From Leucoraja ocellata (taxonomy: Eukaryota), in contig JAWMAR010000652.1 of the NCBI GenBank assembly GCA_036785375.1, positions 620,001 through 684,000 on the forward strand: a stretch of 64,000 nt of DNA, read 5' to 3'. This document shows, one piece after another, positions 52,655-64,000 of this stretch (positions are counted from its first letter, which is position 1; every line of letters starts with the position of its first letter). Both the position numbers and the translations under genes were made by a program. The notes below the pieces were generated by a model, which saw nothing but the letters and a program-made list of their open reading frames with translations, ran no database searches and was not told where the DNA came from.

Positions 52655-54330
52655 TCCGAATAAGGGTCCCGTTATGTTACATGTTAATTGGCCACTGTAA
52701 ATTGCCCTTAGTGTTTTGGGGGTGGATGAGAAAGTGGGATAACATAGGACTAGGAGGTACACAAAAATGCTGGAGAAACTCAGCGGGTGCATCAGCATCT
52801 ATGGAGCGAAGGAAATAGGCAAAGTTTTGGGCCGAAACCTTTCTTCAGATTAATGGGGACGGGGGGGGAGAAGGAAGGAAAAAGGGAGGAGGAGGAACCC
52901 GAGGGCGGGGGGATGGGAGGAGACAGCTCGAGGGTGAAGGAAGGGGAGGAGACAGCAAGGGCTAGCAAAACTGGGAGAATTCAACGTTCATGCCATCTGC
53001 ACGCAAGCAACCCAGGCGGAATATGAGGTGCTGTTCCTCCAATTTCCGGTGTTGCTCACTCTGGCAATGGACCCAGGACAGAGAGGTCGGATTGGGAATG
53101 GGAGGGGGAGTTGAAGTGCTGAGCCACCGGGAGTTCAGGTAGGTTATTGCGGACTGAGCAGAGGTGTTCGGCGAAACGATCGCCCAACCTCCGCTTAGTC
53201 TCCCCGATGTAAATCAGCTGACATCTAGAGCAGTGGATGCAGTAGATGAGGTTGGAGGAGATACAGGTGAACCTTTGTCGCACCTGGAACGACTGCTTGG
53301 GTCCTTGAATGGAGTCGAGGGGGGAGGTGAAGGGACAGGTGTTGCATTTCTTGCAGTTGCAACGGAAAGTGCCCGGGGCGGGGGTGGTACGGGAGGGAAG
53401 GGAAGAATTGACAAGGGAGTTGCGGAGGGAGCGGTCTTTGCGGAAGGCAGACATAGGGGGAGATGGGAAGATGTGGCGAGTGGTGGGGTCACGTTGGAGG
53501 TGGCGGAAATGGCGGAGGATTATTTGTTGTATTTGCCGGCTGGTGGGGTGAAAGGTGAGGACTAGGGGGACTCTGCCCTTGTTGCGAGTGCGGGGATGGG
53601 GAGAGAGAGCAGTGTTGCGGGGTATGGATGAGACCCTGGTGCAAGCCTCATCTATGGTGGCGGAGGGGAATCCCCGTTCCCTGAAGAACGAGGACATTTC
53701 CGATGCCCTGGTGTGGAACGTCTCATCCTGGGAGCAGATGCGGCGTAGACGGAGGAAATGGGAGTAGGGGATGGAGTCTTTACAGGGGGCAGGGTGGGAA
53801 AACGTGTAATCCAGATAGCCATGTGAGTCAGTTGGTTTGTAGTGTATGTCGGTCAGAAGTCTGTCCCCTGCGATGGAGATGGTGAGGTCAAGGAATGGTA
53901 GGGAAGTGTCGGAAATGGTCCAGGTGTATTGGAGTGTCGGATGGAAGTTGGTGGTGAAGTGGATGAAGTCAGTCAGTTGTGTGTGGGTGCAGGAGGTGGC
54001 TCCAAAGCAGTCGTCAATGTAACGGAGGTAGAGGTCGGGGATGGGGCCCTGGTACGTATTGAACAAGGATTGTTCAACGTACCCGACAAAGAGGCAGGCG
54101 TAGCTGGGGCCCATGCGTGTGCCCATAGCTACGCCTTGTATTTGGAGGAAATGGGAGGAGTCAAACGTAAAGTTGTTGAGGGTGAGGACCAACTCCGCTA
54201 GGCGGAGGAGGGTGTCAGTGGCTGGGTATAGGTTGCTCCTCACATAGGACTAGTGTGAATAGATAATTGACAGTCAGCTTGGACTCGTTGGGCAGAAGGG
54301 GCATGTTACCATGCTGTTTCTTTCAGTCAA
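52655..54330 (+). mobile_element. V-SINE 3' half split by the Penelope insertion (pieces about 52655-52753 and 54254-54330)
   Basis: gttaattggccactgtaaattgccc...gggataacataggactag | tgtgaa...ttggactcgttgggcagaagg is continuous once the insertion is removed. Confidence 0.7.
52754..54241 (-). mobile_element. 5'-truncated Penelope-like retroelement (RT C-terminal half plus GIY-YIG endonuclease plus 3' terminal repeat)
   Basis: The ORF has QIQGVAMGTRMGPSYA, YLRYIDD, FLDL and NLIYCIHCSRCQLIYIGET. After a frameshift near 53070 it continues HCQSEQHRKLEEQHLIFRLG...GMNVEF to a stop at 52962. 12-bp TSD ACATAGGACTAG at 52742-52753 and 54242-54253. It interrupts a V-SINE. Confidence 0.94.
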
Positions 54331-54637
54331 TCTAAAAATATTTCTTAGCTCTGAACACCTTCAAAGATGTAGCGCTGTGATAGAGAATTTCACTTTCATG
54401 ACTTTCCAAAGAAATTCATCCTTGTCTCTGTATTGAAAGAGTAACCACTTATTCTTAAACTAGACTTCCTACAACATGCCATTTGCAAACCGCAAATGCA
54501 AAAAATAAATTTTACAAGAATAATTCACTTCTGAAGTGTCCCTTATTCCCATGCTGGTCATAAATGATACAAATTTCCAAATATGTGTGAACTGCACAAA
54601 ATAATCCAATTGCATCATGCAACCAATTTTAGATTGA

Positions 54638-54886
54638 AGGTTACACAAAAAAGCTGGAGAAACTCAGCGGGTGCAGCAGCATTCTATGGAGCGAAGGAAA
54701 TAGGCAACGTTTCGGGCCGAAACCCTTCTTCAGACTGATCGGGGCGGGGGTGGGTGGGGACAAGAAAGGGAAAAGGAGGAGTAGCCAGAAGGCTGGGGGA
54801 TGGGAGGAGACAGCAGGGGGCTGAGGAAGGGAGGAGACAGCAAGGACTAACAAAATTGGGAGAATCGATGTTCATGCTCCCGGAGA
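54638..54886 (-). mobile_element. Short Penelope-like 3' fragment with an intact hammerhead-like motif
   Basis: Similar to 52754-52990; 14-bp TSD CAATTTTAGATTGA at 54624-54637 and 54887-54900. Confidence 0.88.
54706..54740 (-). ncRNA. Putative minimal (type I) hammerhead ribozyme motif in a Penelope terminal repeat
   Basis: Minus strand reads gaucagu-CUGAAGA-A-GGG-uuucgg-CCC-GAAAC-GUU: conserved core boxes, stem II and a palindromic AACGUU stem III. Confidence 0.6.
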
Positions 54887-55006
54887 CAATTTTAGATTGA
54901 GTTCTGCATTACACAATGAACTTCTAGCCCATCATCTTTACTAACGTAGCTTCACTTCCTTTCAATCTCCTTAACTTTGAAATTCTGCTGACTATTTAGT
55001 TAGAAC

Positions 55007-55423
55007 TGGTGCGCTGATCTCTACGTGGCTGAGGTCACGCGCCAACCATGACCCCACAGACGAGCACCAGGCCACCATCCCAAATCCAACCTTTCCTCCG
55101 TGGCCCGAGTGAGGACCACTGTAAATTGGAGGAGCAGCACCTCATATTTCGCTTGGGCAGTTTACACCCCAGCGGTATGAACATTGACTTCTTTAATTTC
55201 AGGTAGTCCCTGCTTTCTCTTCCCCTTCTCAGCTCTCCCTCAGCCCTCTGGCTGCGCCTCTTCCTTTCTTCTTCCCCCCCCCCACCCTCACATCAGTCTG
55301 AAGAAAGGTCCGACCCGAAACGTTGCCCATTTCCTTCGCTCCATAGATGCTGCCTCTCCTGAGTTTCTCCAGCATTTTTGTCTACCTTCGATTTTCCGGC
55401 ATCTGCTGTTCCTTCTAAAACAT
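55007..55423 (+). mobile_element. Penelope-like 3' fragment (GIY-YIG C-terminus plus terminal repeat)
   Basis: Encodes SEDHCKLEEQHLIFRLGSLHPSGMNIDF; 12-bp TSD TTTAGTTAGAAC at 54995-55006 and 55424-55435. Confidence 0.88.
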
Positions 55424-56209
55424 TTTAGTTAGAACCATCGTTAAAATCCAAACACTATTCAGTGATACTGAAACCAAATTCCCATGTTGAGCATCTGTTT
55501 TCAATATTCTAGCATGTTAAATCCTGTATTATTTACAAATGTTTTAATTATAACATAAAAATACAGTAGTTCAAAGTTAATGTACAATATTCCCTTGCAT
55601 TCTACCGGTAGTGCAATTCTAGAAAATTGCTTCGGGTTTCCGATGTGCTTGACGTACCTGAACAAGGAGACTGATGCACAGCAAGATCAAGTGGCATGCA
55701 ATCCATGTTTTGGTGCCACATGTCAAAAATGATTGTTTGCATATGACGTCTGCAAACTGTGTAAACCATTCATTTTGAAGTAAGCCTTCTCCAGAGATTA
55801 GAGAAAGCCTTATCAGGAACGTTAGTTTGAGAGGGCTTGACCTTGCCTGTTGCAGGGGTATCTAAGGCACTGAAAGTCTTCCAGGTGGATTCTCCTTGGA
55901 GTAGATTTCTTGTGGTTGCTCTCAGTCTCCAGATTTCCTTGTTAGCTACATTCTCAGACTACCCAATGCCATGTCAAAATAAAACTCACTGCCCTCCAAT
56001 TGCATATGCCACTGGTCCGCACGGACATTTCTCAGACTGACTCACACAGACTGCCAACTCCCAAACATTACCAACTACACCCTATCTCCCATCAACACCT
56101 TCCTAAGCCAAACTTATTACCGCTCAATTATCCATTGCTTCCTGCACCAACATGTCCCAAACTCCCCAATCATGCCTCTGGCCGCACTGTAGACTGATTG
56201 TTACCTCTA

Positions 56210-56385
56210 GAAACAAAGAACAGCAGTTTTACAATAAAAAGACACAAAGTGCTGGAGTAACTCAGTGGGTCGTATCGGGCTGGGACCCTTCTTCTGAAGA
56301 AGAATCCCAACCCGAAACATCACATATCCAGGTTCTCCAGGATGCTGCCTGACTCGCTGAGTTACTCCAGCACTGTGTCTGATTT
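56210..56385. mobile_element. Palindromic Penelope-derived element
   Basis: gacacaaagtgctggagtaactcag ... ctgagttactccagcactgtgtc, with centre cttctt-ctgaagaag. Confidence 0.78.
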
Positions 56386-59300
56386 TACTTTTACCTGTTT
56401 TTACCTCTCTCTCTGCTCCAATGAATTAAATCCCAGACTTCTTCCAAGTAGAAAGTATAAGCAAGTATATTCAATAAATCCCATCTCAATACCTGGAACT
56501 TGATTTTGAATTCAGAATTTTATTTCTGCCACATTCTAATTTTAACATAACGAATCATCAAGAAACGAATAAATAATGAACACACACTGAAATTCAAACA
56601 TCATTCAAAAATAAAAGTTTCTGCTATGGCATTTCTCCCAATTTAGGTCCTTCGTTTTCTGGCTCAGTTTGCAAGCTGTCTCTTGCCAAGACATCGCCAT
56701 TCCTGCCTTGCGTTAGCTTTCTTCAATTTTTCCAATTTCTCCTTGGACAAAGTTGTCTAGAACTTAGATTACAGCTTTATTTGTTGATCATAGTCTTTAG
56801 TACTGAAATGCAATTGCCCCTTACAAATGTAGTGAAATAGCATCCATGATCACACACTGAAAAGGGACCCTCGAACTTCCTTAGTGGACCTCGCCTAATT
56901 GGCACATCTGCAGACATTTGACACTCTAGTCTAATCCCTCAGAGACATATTCGCCAGAAGAGCCACACATCAGGAACACACAATGATAGGCAAAATGGTA
57001 CAGAGGAACAGAGTTCGTTTGTTCAACCGGATGTATACCCAGGTGGTGGTGTAAGAATGGAGGCCAAGAGCAAGGTCCTATATGCAAAGGGGGTGTGCGG
57101 CAGTGAAGTGTTCAATTAGAAGGATGCAGCAAGACAAATATAAGGAGAGGTTGGACAAACTTGGACTGTTTTCTCAAAAAGCGTTGGATAAAAGTATATT
57201 AACTTATGAAATGTATTTCTTATTTCTCCAGGTCTTGGGGATTTTGGAAATATGATATTTGATCCCCTCAGTCAAATCATCAATACAAGTAGTGAATAAT
57301 TGGAGCCGAAGCACTAAGCCCCACAGTACGCCACTAGTCACAGCCTGCCAACCCGAGAAAGAGCTGTTGATTCCCAATCTTTGCTTTCTTCTAACAAACT
57401 CTCAATCTATTATCCTCAACTCTCCAATCTCCTACTATTCCACTTACACACTTACACTCACCTCCTCTCCCTATACCAAACTCCAACTTTCAACTCTATG
57501 TTGATATTCTAGCCCCTCTTTAACTCCTACACAACATAACCTTCCTCAATGATGAAAATGAAATGAAATATTTACTCATCTCCTTCATTCATGTAAAGAC
57601 AATGAGGAAGACACCATCGACAAGGGAGGGAGCCCTCCAAAGATCAATGTCGGTGTGAGGTTGTGATCCACACCGAGAATGATGAACTGAGGGGCCATCA
57701 AGCCCCAAACACCATCTACATCTGTTGCCATTCATAATCTGCCAGGTACGTTCACTAACAAATAGCTATAGTGAATATTACAACCAATTTGATTTGATCA
57801 ATAATACTCATTACAGCTGCACTACGAGATTACTACAAATATGTTTCTGTCACATCTTACATGTGCAACAAGCCTCTTATTTATAATTGCAGGGTATCAG
57901 CAGAGGTTGCCTCTTTCACTCCACGAGAAGGGAAGGGGGAGAGCAGTAAGTGGGGGGGGGGGGAGAGGAGGAATAGAAGGGGACACAAGGATGGATACAG
58001 ATAGAGACATTGGAGAGGGACTGTGTGTACATTTTGGAAATAAATGTGCCTTTGCCTCCTGCCTCACATCCCTGAATCACTCTACCTGGCCAACTATTAC
58101 CATAGCAATGCCTATAGTGATAGATTGGTGCCTGTGGTGTTACTACTGAGCCTCCCCAAATTTTATTTTGCTGGAAAAGCACTTGTTCCAACTGTAGTAC
58201 ATTATGAAGATTCTGGAGGCCGTTTGCACAGTCTGCAAACAGCTTTTGAGAGTGCTGAAGGCATGGATCAATGTCTCGGTTTCAGAGGAGTATCCTTTTT
58301 AAAACAACAAAGTAACATAATATCCTGGTTCAGCTGTGAATATTCATTGAAGGTCCCTCATGCCAGTAATAGTGGAAATAAACATTGCACATTGAAAATG
58401 TCACTGAGTGTGTGTGTGATGATGGGAAAATATTAAGTACACTTGAATAATAGTTGTAAATGCTCAGTCCAGTTTCAAGGGCGGGAAGGAATTTAACAGG
58501 AAATAATCACAGTTCTACCTCACTGAAACACAAACTAAATGGCCACTGCGTGTGATTTGCACAAACAGTTACACCGAGCTCCAGTTACTCGGCTGGTGGT
58601 TCAGTTTTGGTTAATGACTCTAACAATGAAAAGTGGCAATCAAAGTTCCCTTGTGCAAAATTATACACTTCAAAGATGTTGTACCGAAAGGTACAGGTCT
58701 CCCTCAGCCAGTGAACATTCATAGCTACAAAGGGTTTAAATTAAAATGCTATTTAGCAGTCTGTGATATTTAGAATGAGGGGGAAATAACTCTATTGAGC
58801 ATCTGCACACATCCATCTGGCAATAATAACCATTGAGCGAATGGACTTGTATGCATTGGCTTTCAAGTTTTAGCTTGTCAAAACAACCACTGTTGACGTT
58901 GATTTACTGCAACCTTACTGGGAGGTGATTGACTAGCTTCTGACTACATTTCTTACCATCCACAGCAAGTGGTAACCCTGGTGAAAGATAAGGGTTCACT
59001 GTATATCCTGCCTTTGGAATTTTTCATATCGATGAATTTTTTTGAACTTAATCAATTCTTTAACTGGCAATAGCCTGTATATTAAATAAAGTATAATGCG
59101 TATCAGTAACTTTTATTAGACCAGAACATAGTATTTTATTTTAAGAAAAGGGTAGCATTACAATAATATTCCTGGTGGAAACAGACTAATTGCAGTCAAA
59201 TTTATAGTTTGATGCTCTATGTGGCTGACATTGGTTTTTCCCTGCAGTCTTTTGTGTGCCCGCAATTATACATTCCCATTCCTGTGTAGCTCACTTTTGA

Positions 59301-59844
59301 TGAAAAGAGTATAAAGTTTGGCAGAAGAACATACAGCCAATAAAGGAAATGCATCAGCCAATTTTCATAAAGAATATTGTTTTAAGCTTTGTGCCATACT
59401 TCAAATTCCAGCAAACACAGGCAGCAAAACTGCAGTATATAGATCTTGTCTGAAAACAATGTTTATGTTAATGCTGATATATTTGCTTTAACATAGACAA
59501 AGTTGCTCTTCAAATTCCTCGGGTAATTCCCTTTTATTGGGGTGTACCCGTTTCTAAGGTAAGGTTTTAGGACGTATTAGCGACATAACAAATAGTGCTC
59601 CTACAATTGACTGATCTACTAGATTCTTGCTAAAACATGCTTGTTGGGAAGCAGCCAAATGACTTGTTAAAACAAAGTACATCTTGCAGACAGGGTAGTT
59701 GAAAATAAACCAATAATTTATCAAAGACAAATTCAGTGAATTTGAAAAGTAAAATGAAATATTTATTTAATACATTATTATAATATTATATTTAACAGTC
59801 TTTTGCCAGAAATGCCAGATTAAGAAAGTAAATGTATTTTCTTT

Positions 59845-60030
59845 AAATGCTGGAAACACTTAGCAGGTCAGGCCACATCTGTGGGAAGCAAAATAGTCAA
59901 CTTTTCAGTTATGAGATCTTCGTCAAAACTCTGATTTATGCTGACAAAGGGTCTTTGACCTGAAACGTTGACCGTTTCTCTTCTTATTGATAAAGTCTGA
60001 TAGTGTTTCTAGCATTTTCTAATTTTGTTT
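59845..60030. mobile_element. Older palindromic Penelope-derived element
   Basis: aaatgctggaaacact ... agtgtttctagcattt arms; internal CTGACAAAgggtctttgacctGAAACGTT. Confidence 0.65.
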
Positions 60031-60722
60031 TATATTTGGGTTCCTTCTGCTTTTAATAAAGTGGATATCAAAAAGTAAGTCAGAACTATTAACCTGGTGT
60101 AAACTTGGCCATATTTAGTTCAGCAAAATGGCATCCTACATTGCAGAGACCGCTGGAATTGTATTTTGGTTCAACCTATGAAATGAAAGTCTTAAATGAA
60201 AATTCCCTTGGGGAAAAAAAAGAGTTCAATGGATTTGCTGACACTCAAAGCAGGCTATTGGCATTAAGATCCTAAATGTACAAAGAGTCAGGAATTAGGT
60301 AATTAACAACTCTGAATTTTTTCCTTTTAAAACAAAGTTACAACCAAAAACTGAGCCAATTACTTAAAATGTGACTATGCCTTCAATTTTACATTCCATT
60401 ATTCAGTATTATTGATCATTCGACTAATAACTACACTAAATAAAATGAGCTCACAATAAAATTTGAGATCAAATTTGCATACTGCAGATTAAATTAATGT
60501 GCGTTTGACTTTTTAACCATTATATGCTTTTACGGTATTTGAATTCTGAATATTACTGAAGAAGTGTCACCTCTTTATTCACGTTGAGACTGAACCTGGG
60601 TCACTGCAACATGAAAAGTTTTGGAAACCACCACAATGGATGTAGGGGATTGGTACACCATGCAAATACCATATTGAACAAAAAGTGTATTTTCTGATTT
60701 AAATCACTGTACTATATGTTGT

Positions 60723-60814
60723 AGGTAGACAAAAAATCTGGAGAAACTCAGCAGGTGAGGCAGCATCTATGGAGCGAAGGAATAGGCGATGTTTTGGATC
60801 GAGACCCTTCTTCA
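60723..60814 (-). mobile_element. Penelope-derived short element
   Basis: 14-bp TSD GTACTATATGTTGT at 60709-60722 and 60815-60828. Confidence 0.85.
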
Positions 60815-60822
60815 GTACTATA

Positions 60823-61851
60823 TGTTGTGATGTGTTATACGAGAATTCTGCCCGAACAGTCTGTGACCCATAGCTCTGTGGCCATAGCGCTATGTTTAAA
60901 GCCCATAGAGCTATGTTTAAACGCCATAGCGCTAAATTTAGAACCCATAGCGCTGCAACCTACAGCGCTTTGTTTAAATCCCCATGCGCTAAGCCAACAG
61001 CGCTGTTTAAACCTTTGCGCGCCAAACCGGCAGCGCTGTGTCCACTACCTTTACACGCCAAGTCTGCAGCGCGGTGTGTATTGGTTTGCGCGTCAAGTCT
61101 GTAGCGCTGTGCATTGCTTTACACGCCAGTATGAGGCTGAGAGCGCTTTGTTCCCAAATGCAGTCCCCTACCATTGGTTATAGTTTGAATTTGGGAGCAG
61201 CACTATTGGCCAGGACTTACCGGCGGTTATTTCAACGGCTGATTTCTTACCTGTATCAAGGCAGGCGCCAGTAAGCCACAAGTGAGTTTATGTACAAGAG
61301 GGGTTCACCGATGGGCTGAGTNNNNNNNNNNNNNNNNNNNNNNNNNNNNNNNNNNNNNNNNNNNNNNNNNNNNNNNNNNNNNNNNNNNNNNNNNNNNNNN
61401 NNNNNNNNNNNNNNNNNNNNNNNNNNNNNNNNNNNNNNNNNNNNNNNNNNNNNNNNNNNNNNNNNNNNNNNNNNNNNNNNNNNNNNNNNNNNNNNNNNNN
61501 NNNNNNNNNNNNNNNNNNNNNNNNNNNNNNNNNNNNNNNNNNNNNNNNNNNNNNNNNNNNNNNNNNNNNNNNNNNNNNNNNNNNNNNNNNNNNNNNNNNN
61601 NNNNNNNNNNNNNNNNNNNNNNNNNNNNNNNNNNNNNNNNNNNNNNNNNNNNNNNNNNNNNNNNNNNNNNNNNNNNNNNNNNNNNNNNNNNNNNNNNNNN
61701 NNNNNNNNNNNNNNNNNNNNNNNNNNNNNNNNNNNNNNNNNNNNNNNNNNTTGTTCTCTCTCTTGCCAATAAAATTGATTTGTAACTCAACAGACGAGGG
61801 AGCCTTTTTCTGTTCTACTAGTCAGATCCCTGAACCTGTTCCTTTGTAACA
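60823..61851 (+). mobile_element. Candidate LTR (partly in a gap) with an internal degenerate 21-24-bp tandem repeat
   Basis: TG...CA termini (TGTTG/CAACA or TGTTA/TAACA); AATAAA at about 61768; CpG-rich agcgct..gtttaaa repeats at about 60865-61145. No matching TSD was found. Confidence 0.4.
61322..61750. other. Assembly gap (N run)
   Basis: Run of N. Confidence 1.
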
Positions 61852-62304
61852 GAGATTGCAATCAAAATTTGGAGCTATTGCCAATTTACGTTGCCTGGAG
61901 CTTTATTTCCTGAACTTCAAGCAAGTGCCGTGCTGCCAGTATCCGCCACTGCTATTTTCATACATCTAACGGCCCCGGCCCCTCCTTTGTCCTTGGCAAT
62001 CTCCCAATGGATATTAGTAACTCAAATAATATCTTTAAATCTAATTTCTGGTGAGATTACTAGCATTTTAACTTTTACATTTATACAAGGAAATTAGGTT
62101 GGGACGGAGGGGTGCCGTCAAGAAATTAATGGAAGAAAATCTGGGTTGAAGGTTGGTGGATGTTCAAGCAGGAAACCAAAATAAACTGATTTTCTGCACC
62201 TGACCGGGGACGTTTACCCTTCCTGTAACTGAACTTTATAGGTTCAAGTAGCTCCCTTCCTGTACCTGAGCCTTCTAGGTACAAGAAGCTGTAAATCCAC
62301 ACCA

Positions 62305-62410
62305 TATCTGAAGAAGGGTCCGGATCTGAAACATCGCCTAGTCTTCCAGAGATGCTGCCTGACCTGAATTACTCCGGCACTTTGTGTCTTTTTTTGTAAA
62401 CCAGCATTAC
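62305..62410 (+). mobile_element. Penelope-derived short element
   Basis: CTGAAGAagggtccggatctGAAACATC plus the family tail. Confidence 0.75.
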
Positions 62411-64000
62411 TTTTTGATATCCACTTTATTAAAAGCTGAAAAGGGACCCAAGGAATAAACAAAAATAGAAAATGCTAGTAATGCTGTCAGGCCTTAAAAG
62501 TAAGACGTAGTCCCTCATGTCTCCATGAACTTGCTGTTGGAAAACATTTGATATATAATTCTCCCTAAAAATTATGCTAGTCTCCACAAACATTATTGAA
62601 TCATGCACAAATGGAATGCTGGAGGAGATTGTTATGTCCATAATGCCTATTTCCAGCCCTAGAGATTATTCCTCTTAAAGTAACTTTCTATTCCCTTTTA
62701 GAAGGCTGTTGATTCTACTTCCAACATCCTTTCAAACAGCAGTTTTAAGATTAGAACTCCACTGTGTAAGGCCAGTTTCCTTTGCTAATAATTACATTTG
62801 TCCTCTCTGGCTATTATTCTTCCTACCAGTGGAAAGGTTCTTCTCTACTACAAACATTAATAAATTGAACACCTGTTAAATCTTCTCTTGGAAATGTCTG
62901 GCCCATCCAATTCCAAATTCTTTAGAATCTTCTCAAGTACTCCATCCTTATTGTCTTCCTGATTAATCTCCTCCACATCCTCTCCAAAGTAACCAAAATA
63001 AAACTTAGAATTTCATAATTTCTGCAAGAGGCCTCTTAGCAACTTTCATGACATATGGAAAATATAGTAAACATTCTGCCTATCTCTCAGTATCCAGCCC
63101 CAAAAAATCTTGAGCTGTACTGATCTTTTTTACAAAACAATTTAACATTGTCAATCGAATCTAGAGTCATTCAGTGGTAATCTGGATGAATTGGACCAAA
63201 GAGCGTGTTTTCCAGTTGTGCAAATATGACTATAGTAGAATAAAATAGACAAATAAATGTTGAAATTCAGCATTGCACTTAAAGCAAGAAAACATTGATT
63301 AAGGACTGTTGGGAAAGGAGATAATATTAAGACGATTGATCCATACCATATTTCAAAATAATAAATAACTTTCAGATCCTATTAGAAAAATAGTTTGATA
63401 AACTAGGATTGGAAATTGAACTGCTATCAGCTTAATTAAGACCCTAAAATTTAATCATTTGTTCTTCTTTCACTTTAGCCATTGTACTTGTTCATTGAAA
63501 TTATTGTTTAATTCAAATTCAAACCAATTCAAAATTGCACCTAAATTTGAACATAACTCCATGAATAATGTCCAGGCCCTTAAATTGGCAGACTGAAGGC
63601 AATTTAGAAAATGTATCTTAAAATAAATCTGACATACTATTGAGGAAAAATAGTCAAATTACATTGAGAAGCAATTTGGATAAATGAAAAAATCCATGAC
63701 ACAAAAATGTAATTCTCCATACTTCCCACTCTCTTTATACTTGGAAAATGAAAATTGAATTACTGCTCAGTTCCAACAGCATTTTTCAATCAGAAAAATG
63801 CGCATTTCAATTTGTGAGCCTGCTATGGTATTGTGGATTGGATGCTTCAAAAACTATTGTGCTATCAAGTTCCTATTTGAAAATGGCTATACCAATAAAA
63901 AACTGTACGAATCTGCAGAATCGCTTACGAATCTACTCTCCCGACAAGTTTCATTAATGAAAATTGCTCAGGAGAGGGGAAAAAAAAGTAGCTGTAATAT

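Noticed and set aside
58044-58436. 130-aa plus-strand ORF in DPM1 intron 1
   Set aside because: No recognisable domain and no convincing splice boundaries; not MOCS3 or DPM1 exon 1.
60865-61145. Spaced repeats superficially like a CRISPR array
   Set aside because: Units are adjacent and degenerate, with no unique spacers or cas genes, in a vertebrate genome.
61225-61275. cttacctg motif reminiscent of the U1 snRNA 5' end
   Set aside because: The following sequence does not match U1; it is simply a splice-donor-like word on the other strand.

Overview
Eukaryotic (vertebrate) genomic DNA, not prokaryotic. The repeat content (CR1 LINEs, HE1/V-type SINEs, abundant Penelope-derived elements) suggests a cartilaginous fish, probably a skate or ray; this is inference. 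Two host genes lie on the minus strand. ADNP is complete: three coding exons (5860-5967, 4411-4503, 222-3890) encode 1289 aa, with a CpG-rich promoter and first exon near 25.5-26.4 kb. DPM1 is present as exons 2-9 (52307 to 32548), and exon 1 lies outside the window. This matches the DPM1-ADNP order known in human. The rest is intron or intergenic DNA full of transposons: one full-length dead Tc1, a 5'-truncated Penelope-like element (RT plus GIY-YIG), about 15 short Penelope-derived copies, CR1 and SINE fragments, a Helitron cluster, a MITE and four assembly gaps. Three observations stand out. (1) ADNP carries a 36-nt/12-aa tandem-repeat insertion with four CtBP-type (P/A/V)LDLS motifs, while its NAP and ARKS motifs are altered. 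(2) A dispersed family of short Penelope-mobilised elements carries a minimal hammerhead-ribozyme motif and often sits as head-to-head palindromes with target-site duplications. (3) An exact ChAHP/CTCF-type motif lies just upstream of ADNP's own promoter. Comparisons with human or published sequences are from memory and were not computed.
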